DNA of 64,000 nucleotides from an uncultured Verrucomicrobiae bacterium (GTDB lineage: Bacteria > Verrucomicrobiota > Verrucomicrobiia > Limisphaerales > UBA11358): NCBI GenBank assembly GCA_963827205.1, contig CAWHAH010000016.1, positions 43,663-107,662 on the forward strand. Reading direction: 5' to 3'. The notes under the pieces were generated by a model. It had not been told where the DNA came from. It saw nothing but the letters and a program-made list of their open reading frames with translations, and made no database searches. Shown here in pieces: positions 55,200-64,000 of this stretch; positions within the stretch are counted from its first letter, which is position 1, and each line of letters starts with the position of its first letter. A program made the translations under genes and the position numbers.

Positions 55200-55895
55200 A
55201 TGGCACTGGCGGACATCAGACGGGAATACTCGCTCGGCGGCCTGAAACGCGCGGAACTGGACGCGAATCCAGTTGCGCAATTCAAGCAATGGTTCGCGCA
55301 GGCGTCGGGCGGCAGCCGCTGGCGGAAAGTCGGCATCGCCCTCTACAAACTCTGGCACGCCATCCTCGGCCATGTGCCGATTGACGTGAACGCGATGGTG
55401 CTGGCAACGGTGGACCAGGCTGGACGCCCTTCCACCCGCGCCGTGTTGCTCAAAGGCGTGGATGAGCGCGGCTTCGTTTTTTACACGAATTACGACAGCC
55501 GCAAGGGGCTTGAACTGGCCGAAAATCCCAATGCGGCCCTGACATTTTACTGGCCGGATTTGGAACGGCAGATCTGCGTCGCTGGCACGGCGAGCAGAAT
55601 TTCCAGCGAAGAAACCGAGGCGTATTTCAAAAGCCGTCCGCGGGGCAGCCGTCTGGCGACGTGGGCGTCGAACCAGCGCGACGTGGTGGCCGACCGCGCG
55701 GCGCTTGATGCGAAGTGGAACGAGATGGCGAGGAGATTTCCCGGCGACGTGCCATTGCCGCCGGATTGGGGCGGTTACGTGTTGAAACCGGAACGCATCG
55801 AATTCTGGCAGGGGCGGCCAAACCGGTTGCACGACCGTTTTTGTTATACGCGGCAACCGGACTATTCGTGGAAACTGGAACGGCTCGCGCCGTAG
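55200..55895 (+). CDS. pdxH: Pyridoxamine 5'-phosphate oxidase
   Basis: Motifs seen: RREY, LATVD..GRPS.R.VLLKG, FYTNY.SRKG, IEFWQGRPNRLHDR and a terminal RLAP. Confidence 0.9.
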   Translation: MALADIRREYSLGGLKRAELDANPVAQFKQWFAQASGGSRWRKVGIALYKLWHAILGHVPIDVNAMVLATVDQAGRPSTRAVLLKGVDERGFVFYTNYDSRKGLELAENPNAALTFYWPDLERQICVAGTASRISSEETEAYFKSRPRGSRLATWASNQRDVVADRAALDAKWNEMARRFPGDVPLPPDWGGYVLKPERIEFWQGRPNRLHDRFCYTRQPDYSWKLERLAP

Positions 55896-55977
55896 CGGCG
55901 TCTCGGCAAAGCGCCGGAAATCCGGGAAAATAATGCGGCTTTCTCCCGAAGCCACCACGCCTGTTTCACGGAGGCGC

Positions 55978-56814
55978 CTAAAATTTGTAGGCCAAGCCGC
56001 TGATCAGTTTCACATCGTTGTCCTTGCGGCCGGGCGCGGGGTCATTGGCAAAGTTGTCCTGCACCACCGTCCGCAGGCTGAGTCGCTTGGTGAGCGCGGC
56101 TTCGGCGCCCACTTCGGCATTGACGAGAAAATTGTCGGGCTGGTCCGCCTGCGGCAGGAATTCCACATTCTGCCAGAAGCGCGTGTGTTCGTCCGTTTTG
56201 TGTTCGAAGCGTTCGGCCAGGCGCAGCGTGGGATAAGTGTGGTATTCGTCGTCCAGTTTTTCATACAAGACGGCCGGGCCGAATTCGCCCGCCAGCGACG
56301 TTTGCTTGTTCTTGACGAAGTAATAGCCGGCGCCGGGGCTGAACGTGAACCGATAAGTCACGTCCGCGATGCCGTCATGCAACGCGTCGGCGCGCGCGTA
56401 CCCGTACCAGCGTTCGCCAAACAGACGGTTGTATTGGCCAAAACCATGCAAGGTTTCGTTGTTTTCCACCGCATTGTTTTCGCCATAAGAACCTTCGAGG
56501 CCCAGGGTCCATTCGTTGGTCGGGTTGTTCCGATGGGTCCTGAAACTGCCGGAGGCCAGCACGCTTTCGCTGTTGCCGCTGGTCAACGTCAGGCCAAAGG
56601 CCACAGTGCTTTCCCACGCCGGCTTGTTCGTGGGGATTACGGTGCCCGCGGTGGCAGGCGCGGCGTTGGTCGCCGCTGCCAAAAGCGCCAGGGCGCCGTT
56701 GCTGTCGCTGGCCGGTTTGTTGGTTGACACCGTGATGGTTTGATTGGTGTCGCCAGCGCGACCGCACACGGTCAAAACGGCCAGAACAAACAAGATCAGA
56801 ATATATTTTTTCAT
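55978..56814 (-). CDS. DUF481 (YdiY-like) outer-membrane beta-barrel protein
   Basis: Signal peptide, alternating beta-strand pattern, and a C-terminal ...SGLAYKF. Confidence 0.65.
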   Translation of the reverse strand: MKKYILILFVLAVLTVCGRAGDTNQTITVSTNKPASDSNGALALLAAATNAAPATAGTVIPTNKPAWESTVAFGLTLTSGNSESVLASGSFRTHRNNPTNEWTLGLEGSYGENNAVENNETLHGFGQYNRLFGERWYGYARADALHDGIADVTYRFTFSPGAGYYFVKNKQTSLAGEFGPAVLYEKLDDEYHTYPTLRLAERFEHKTDEHTRFWQNVEFLPQADQPDNFLVNAEVGAEAALTKRLSLRTVVQDNFANDPAPGRKDNDVKLISGLAYKF

Positions 56815-56954
56815 TTTTCTTTCACGCCGACAAATTGAATTCCGACCGGGGAAACCGATGCAGCGGAAATCCTGACAGCAAACAGCCCGGAAACAACTCG
56901 AGCGCGGCCATTCTAACCCAAACCATCAAGCGGGCAAGTAAACGTTCTTGAAAA

Positions 56955-57086
56955 TTATTTCTCCGGCTCGCCTTTGTCGGTGGTGTCTTCCTTGTCTCCG
57001 CCAATGACCGAGGCCACGGCCTGAAGTTGGTCGCCGGCTTCCAACTCAATCGGCTTCACGCCCCGCGCATTGCGGACGGTTATTTC
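56955..57086 (-). pseudogene. Orphan copy of the gyrA 3' end (43 codons plus stop)
   Basis: Translates as EITVRNARGVKPIELEAGDQLQAVASVIGGDKEDTTDKGEPEK-stop, against the genuine GyrA end ...TGRNTQGVKLIELESGDKLQAIAPVIGEDKEDAAGEAEPAK-stop. Similarity also covers ~15 nt past the stop. Confidence 0.7.
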
Positions 57087-58417
57087 TTTGGGTTATCGGA
57101 TGGCTGCCCTTTGCTCTCCCGGCTGGAAACGAAGATAGTATCGGCCCCCACCATTTCTTCCAGCGTGATAAAATCCATGCCTGACGTAGCCGGTCGGATT
57201 TTGGGTTCAGGCGGTTCGGCTTGGACCGCCTTGGGCGGGGAAGCGCCTGGCGGGGGTGGCGGAGGCGGAATGGGGGTTGATTTCTTCGCCGCCAGATTGT
57301 TTGTGACCAGAATGGTTCCATCATCATCGGTCAAATAACTTTCCTCCGTCCGCACGCGGGTGGCTTCCGCGAGCAACGATTCCCACTGGCGTTGCACGGT
57401 GCGTTTGGGAGGCGCCCGGAAGGGGATCAGGCGGAATTCGCCAGCGGTCAGGGACAGCAATTGATGAAAAGCCTTTTCTCCGACCAGCTTTCCGGTCGAG
57501 GCGTGAATGATGGCGCCGCCTTCAATGTAAATCTCGCCGGCGATCTGGTGATTCCGGATTTCAAGGACCAGGGAGTTGCCGCCCAGGCATTCCAGTTGGA
57601 TGACATCGAGCAAGCCTGTCTCGCTCAAGCTGCTGATAAAATCGTTGCTGTCCGACCACCGCAGGACGTTGGTCAACATGTTGAAAACGAGCTTCCACCC
57701 ATCCTCGTCGCCTGGTTTTAAGAGGAAAAGCTCCGCTCCATTGGCCAGACAGGTGGCCCGCCGGCTTTCGTCGCTTTGTGCGGTCAGGATGACTTTTTTG
57801 ATGTTGGGATATTGCTGATGAATAATGCCCAGCAACTGGACACCGTCCAGCAGCGGCATGCCGATGTCCAGTACGACCAGATGAATCAGCTTTTGTTGCA
57901 GGATGGATAGCGCCATGTCTGCGGATGAGGCCGTGTAGATTTCCCAGTCTTTGTCCACTTGGGCGGCAGACAGATCGGTGATCATCTCGAGAAAGGCCAG
58001 GCTGTCATCCACGAAGAGCACGCGATAGGCTTTCCGACTGTCTGTGGATTCAGATTTTTGTGCCGGGGCGGGGGATGAAACACCAGCCGATGGCGGCGCG
58101 GCTAACTGGGGTGCCGCCGCCGGGGCGGGTTCGGAAATCTCCAAGCGCAATTCCACCAGACCCAGGCGCATCGTTTGCCCGGGCTGCAAGACCGCTTCGG
58201 AAATCGCGTTCCCGCCGATGACCGTGCCATTGGTTGAGCGCAAATCGCGAACGACCAGTTCATTGCCGCGCAACATCACCTCGCAGTGCTGGTTGGAAAT
58301 CGACTTTTCAACGATTTGAAACGCATTCTTTTCGCCGCGCCCAATCGTGACCCAGCGCCCGCCCAATTCATGCGACAAGCCAGCCAATCCATCACTGATG
58401 ACTACAAGCCTCGACAT
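57080..58417 (-). CDS. FHA domain, response-regulator receiver and DUF4388 (PatA-like) signalling protein
   Basis: N-terminal FHA (GRGEKNAFQI...ISNQHCEV...DLRSTNGT), REC (VLFVDDS...VVLDIGMP) and C-terminal LLDVIQLECLGG (DUF4388). Confidence 0.8.
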   Translation of the reverse strand: MSRLVVISDGLAGLSHELGGRWVTIGRGEKNAFQIVEKSISNQHCEVMLRGNELVVRDLRSTNGTVIGGNAISEAVLQPGQTMRLGLVELRLEISEPAPAAAPQLAAPPSAGVSSPAPAQKSESTDSRKAYRVLFVDDSLAFLEMITDLSAAQVDKDWEIYTASSADMALSILQQKLIHLVVLDIGMPLLDGVQLLGIIHQQYPNIKKVILTAQSDESRRATCLANGAELFLLKPGDEDGWKLVFNMLTNVLRWSDSNDFISSLSETGLLDVIQLECLGGNSLVLEIRNHQIAGEIYIEGGAIIHASTGKLVGEKAFHQLLSLTAGEFRLIPFRAPPKRTVQRQWESLLAEATRVRTEESYLTDDDGTILVTNNLAAKKSTPIPPPPPPPGASPPKAVQAEPPEPKIRPATSGMDFITLEEMVGADTIFVSSRESKGQPSDNPKK

Positions 58418-58638
58418 GCAAATCTCCGAGATTCTCCGACAGCGTTATTGCTGTGCGTTCCCCATCAAACCAAAAGTTGCTCTCAACCAAACGGTTATAA
58501 AAGTTATTTCCGATAATGCAACCTGCTATTGTAAAACCGGCACCAGAACTTTTATGCCCCAGCGGCGGCAACACGTAAGCAGTGTCCATGCCGCCGGCGG
58601 TCGGAATACCGGGCTGGGAGCGGCGGAACGTTTGAGAA

Positions 58639-61281
58639 TTATTTTGCCGGCTCGGCTTCGCCGGCAGCATCTTCCTTATCCTCGCCGATGACCGGCGCGA
58701 TGGCCTGAAGTTTGTCGCCGGATTCCAATTCAATCAGTTTCACGCCCTGCGTGTTGCGGCCGGTTTCGCGGATGTCCTTCACGGATGTGCGCACCATCTG
58801 GCCTTTGACGGTGATGAGCATGATTTCGTCTGCGTCGCGTACGGTCAGCGCGCCCACTACGCCGCCGGTCTTTTCGGTGGTTTTCATCGTGATGATGCCC
58901 TTGCCGCCGCGGGATTGGACGCGGTATTCCTCGAAGTCCGTCCGTTTGCCGATGCCGTTTTCGCCGGCGACCAGCAGTTTCGCGTCCGGCACGACGATCG
59001 CCAGCGCGACCACTTCGTCGCCTTTCGACAAGTTAATACCGCGCACGCCCGTGGCGGGCCGGCCCATCGGACGGGCATCCTCCTCGTTGAAGCGGATGCT
59101 CATGCCGTCGCGGGTGATGAGGACGACTTCGTTCTGGCCGGTCGTCAGCTTCACTTCGATCAAAAGGTCGCCCGGATCAATGCCAATGGCGATGATGCCG
59201 CCCTTGCGAACGTTGGCGAAATCAGCCAACGCGGTCTTCTTAACTGTGCCTTGTTTGGTCGCGAAGAAGACAAAGCCCGGTTGTTCCCACGTCACGTCTT
59301 CCTTGTTCGCGTTGGTTTTGGACAACACGCGAATCAGCGCGGCGATGGTCTCACCCGCCTTCAATTCGAGCAGATTGGCAATGCTGCGGCCCTTGGCGGC
59401 GCGGCCCATGTCGGGAATTTCATGCACGCGCTCGACATAGACGCGGCCGGTGTTCGTGAAAAACATCAAATAATCGTGCGTGCTGGCGGTGAAGAGGTGC
59501 TCGATGAAATCCTTGTCCTCGTCAGTTGCACCTTCCCTGGTCGTCATGCCGATGACGCCCTTGCCGCCGCGGCGTTGAGCGCGATAGCTGGAGATGTTTG
59601 TGCGTTTGATGAGGCCGTTGTGCGTGAGCGTGATGATGACCCCTTCGTTGGCGATAAGGTCTTCGATGTTGATTTCGCCTTCGTCAGGCACGAGGTCGGT
59701 CAGGCGCGGCGTGGCGTATTTTTCCTTGATGGCTTTCAGTTCGGTTTTGATGATGGCCAGCACGCGCGCTTCCTTGGCCAGGATGTCCATCAAATCCTTG
59801 ATGCGCGCGAGCAGTTCCTTGTATTCGGTTTCGACCTTGTCAATTTCCAGGCCGGTCAACTGGTAGAGGCGCAATTCCAGAATCGCGTCCACCTGCCGTT
59901 CGGTCAGCGCGTAGCGGCCCTTGGTCAGGCGCTCCTCGTTGCGAATCAAAATGCCCCAGCGCTCAACCTGCTTTTGCGTCCACTCGAACGCCAGCAGCTT
60001 GACCCGCGCTTCCTCGCGCGTCTTGCTGCCGCGGATGATTTTGATGAATTCGTCGAGATTGGCCAGCGCGCAGAGATAGCCTTCCAGAATTTCCGCGCGT
60101 TCCTCGGCCTTCTTCAACTGGAACCGCGTGCGGCGCAGCACGACTTCGCGCCGGTGCTCGATGTAGCAATTGATGAGTTCCTTCAGCCCGAGCGTCTTGG
60201 GCCGGCCATGATCAATGGCCAGCATGTTGACCGCAAAACTCGTTTCCAGCGCCGTCTGCTTGTACAAATTGTTGATGACAACCTTGGCGATGGCGTCGCG
60301 TTTGAGTTCGACGACGACCCGCGTATTTTCATCCGATTCGTCGCGGATGGCGGTAATGTCGGTGAAGCCCTGGACCTTCTCGTTCACCAGTTCGGCGACG
60401 CGCTCGACGAGCACCGCGCGATTGACGTTGTAGGGGATTTCCGTGATGACGATTTGTTCCTTGCCGCCCTTGTGCTGTTCCACGCCCACCTTGCCCCGGA
60501 CCTTGACGCTGCCGTGGTCGGTGGTGAAATATTCCTTGATGACTTCCAGTCCGCACACCATGCAGCCGGTCGGGAAATCCGGGCCTTTGACGAATTTCAT
60601 CAGCCCCTTGACCGAGATATTCGGGTCGTCAATCTGCGCGCAGATGCCGTCAATGATTTCACCGAGATTGTGCGGCGGAATGTTCGTGGCCATGCCGACG
60701 GCGATGCCGGTGCCGCCATTGACGAGCAGATTGGGAAACGCGGCCGGGAAAACGGTCGGCTCGGTGCGGGTCTCGTCGTAATTGGGGACGAAATCCACCG
60801 TGTCCTGGTCCATGTCCTCCATCAGTGCGGCGCCGAGGTGTGTCATGCGCGCCTCGGTATAACGCATGGCAGCGGGCGGATCGCCTTCCACGGAGCCAAA
60901 ATTGCCCTGGCCGTCCACGAGCCGTTCGCGCATGGCCCACGGCTGGGCCATGTGCACGAGCGTCGGATAAATCACCGCCTCGCCGTGCGGATGATAGTTG
61001 CCGCTGGTGTCGCCGCAAATCTTGGCGCACTTGCGATGCTGGCGGTTCGGAAACAGCGAGAGATCGTGCATCGCCAGCAGGATGCGCCGTTGCGAAGGTT
61101 TGAGGCCGTCGCGCGCGTCGGGCAGGGCGCGCGAAATGATCACGGACATCGAGTAATCAAGAAAGGAGTTCTTGATTTCCTCGGCCACGTTGACCTTGGC
61201 AATTTTTTCACCCGAAGCGAACAGCGGCGTGTTGCTCACCGGCAAATCGTTTGAATCTTTGGGTTTTGTTTCGTCGGGCAT
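58639..61281 (-). CDS. gyrA: DNA gyrase subunit A
   Basis: Full-length conservation including AMRYTE (catalytic Tyr) and the C-terminal beta-pinwheel repeats. Confidence 0.95.
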   Translation of the reverse strand: MPDETKPKDSNDLPVSNTPLFASGEKIAKVNVAEEIKNSFLDYSMSVIISRALPDARDGLKPSQRRILLAMHDLSLFPNRQHRKCAKICGDTSGNYHPHGEAVIYPTLVHMAQPWAMRERLVDGQGNFGSVEGDPPAAMRYTEARMTHLGAALMEDMDQDTVDFVPNYDETRTEPTVFPAAFPNLLVNGGTGIAVGMATNIPPHNLGEIIDGICAQIDDPNISVKGLMKFVKGPDFPTGCMVCGLEVIKEYFTTDHGSVKVRGKVGVEQHKGGKEQIVITEIPYNVNRAVLVERVAELVNEKVQGFTDITAIRDESDENTRVVVELKRDAIAKVVINNLYKQTALETSFAVNMLAIDHGRPKTLGLKELINCYIEHRREVVLRRTRFQLKKAEERAEILEGYLCALANLDEFIKIIRGSKTREEARVKLLAFEWTQKQVERWGILIRNEERLTKGRYALTERQVDAILELRLYQLTGLEIDKVETEYKELLARIKDLMDILAKEARVLAIIKTELKAIKEKYATPRLTDLVPDEGEINIEDLIANEGVIITLTHNGLIKRTNISSYRAQRRGGKGVIGMTTREGATDEDKDFIEHLFTASTHDYLMFFTNTGRVYVERVHEIPDMGRAAKGRSIANLLELKAGETIAALIRVLSKTNANKEDVTWEQPGFVFFATKQGTVKKTALADFANVRKGGIIAIGIDPGDLLIEVKLTTGQNEVVLITRDGMSIRFNEEDARPMGRPATGVRGINLSKGDEVVALAIVVPDAKLLVAGENGIGKRTDFEEYRVQSRGGKGIITMKTTEKTGGVVGALTVRDADEIMLITVKGQMVRTSVKDIRETGRNTQGVKLIELESGDKLQAIAPVIGEDKEDAAGEAEPAK

Positions 61282-61287
61282 AAAAAA

Positions 61288-61737
61288 TTATTCAGCTGTG
61301 GCAATGTCCTCGATTTCTTTTGGCGTCAACGCAATGCCCAATTGTTTGCAGGCGGCGCGGATGCGTTTGTCCGTGGCTGCCATCGTGCCGCTGCGATGCC
61401 AATCGCAAGTCGCCACGTGCAGGGCGTCGAGTGTCCGCAACGGAATGTGCGGATGGCACGCCAGTTGAATCGCCTGGGCGCGGTCAAGCACCGTGCGTTC
61501 GATCGGCAACAACAGAATTGATTCATTTTCGAGCATCGAAAAAAAAATTTCCGCGCCGCGGAGGCGTTCCCGCGGCACGATTTCACGGTTGCGTTCTTTG
61601 AAAAGCAACGCGCCGCAGACTTCCACCACGGACAGTTCCGACGATTCGAAACTTTGCCCTGACAGATTTTCCTCGAACCACTCGCTGTCGGCTTCGCGCA
61701 CGAGCAGTTTGACGATGATGGCCGAGTCCAGATACAT
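61288..61737 (-). CDS. vapC: PIN-domain toxin (VapC-like)
   Basis: MYLDSAIIVKLL (first Asp), SELSVVE, DALHVAT and ATDKR motifs. The stop lies 6 nt before the gyrA ATG. Confidence 0.75.
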   Translation of the reverse strand: MYLDSAIIVKLLVREADSEWFEENLSGQSFESSELSVVEVCGALLFKERNREIVPRERLRGAEIFFSMLENESILLLPIERTVLDRAQAIQLACHPHIPLRTLDALHVATCDWHRSGTMAATDKRIRAACKQLGIALTPKEIEDIATAE

Positions 61738-62057
61738 CACCACTCGCCTCGGGTCCAATTCACGGCTTCATCCGCTGACCCTCCATGAATCGGCTGCTTC
61801 ATCAGGTAATCGCCCATGCCCTGAAAAACTTTTCGCGGTTTGGTTTCTTCCACCCGGATCAATTTCGCCTTGGGCTTGCCGTCGCTGGTGATGGTGATTT
61901 CCTGTCCGCCCGCCACCAAATCCAACAACGCTGACAAATGCGCCTTGGCTGCCCTGATACTGACAACAGATCCAACCCCCGGCATCGCCGTGACTTCGCG
62001 AAGTACCGTCGGCTCCGATTTGAGCGGCGGATATTTTTTGGTCGTATTCGCTTTCAT
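61737..62057 (-). CDS. Phd/YefM- or VapB-type antitoxin
   Basis: VSIRAAKAHLSALLDLV motif. The stop overlaps the vapC start (TGATG). An alternative start at 61985 would give 82 aa. Confidence 0.6.
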   Translation of the reverse strand: MKANTTKKYPPLKSEPTVLREVTAMPGVGSVVSIRAAKAHLSALLDLVAGGQEITITSDGKPKAKLIRVEETKPRKVFQGMGDYLMKQPIHGGSADEAVNWTRGEW

Positions 62058-62103
62058 GCCACCAATGTAGTCACGCGTGACTACATTCGCAAGCTTTTCT
62101 TTT

Positions 62104-64000
<1,897 letters not shown>

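Noticed and set aside
58915-61254. 779-aa plus-strand ORF, together with the similar 62620-63999 ORF
   Set aside because: These are shadow ORFs antisense to gyrA and gyrB, which are unambiguous on the minus strand.

Overview
This is a 64-kb high-GC bacterial chromosomal segment; GC was judged by eye, not computed. The gene content and repeat style point to a Verrucomicrobiota/PVC-type genome, which is inference only: a PEP-CTERM protein, a DUF1573-cytochrome c fusion, and many short palindromic repeat families that read as recurrent pseudo-peptides. I support about 50 protein genes, mostly housekeeping: thrH (partial), hom, lysC, leuA, lepB, bioB, gcvP, recQ, aroC, trpA, typA, an EF-G paralogue, miaB, pdxH, PiT plus its DUF47 partner, gyrA and gyrB (partial). 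I found no rRNA, tRNA or CRISPR. Accessory content: (1) an IS5-family element with a 5-bp target duplication that interrupts a low-GC orphan gene; (2) a RAYT (REP-associated Y1 transposase) flanked by REP doublets; (3) two type II toxin-antitoxin pairs, one wedged between hom and lysC and one inside the gyrB-gyrA operon; (4) several REP-like repeat families, three of which are read through as coding sequence in recQ, miaB and a Zn-ribbon gene. The items most worth a second look are these: (a) a six-gene translationally coupled cluster (metallophosphoesterase, cytoplasmic FGE-domain protein, two small ORFs, Zn-ribbon protein, dynamin-family GTPase with a C-terminal tandem Cys/His module), possibly preceded by a fluoride-riboswitch-like element; (b) a roughly 290-bp array of about 14 phased 20-21-bp TTTGCGCG units upstream of recQ; (c) four insertions at gene termini that are each flanked by long (41 to about 150 bp) direct duplications of the gene end, including a signalling-gene cassette at the gyrA 3' end; (d) a Leu-rich leader peptide with terminator upstream of leuA. 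Conserved genes also carry several frame disruptions (gcvP, a GAF gene, a Zn-ribbon gene, and an in-frame TAG in a TlpA-like gene); these could be assembly errors or real decay. Everything here comes from manual reading of the sequence and the ORF track, and no searches were run.
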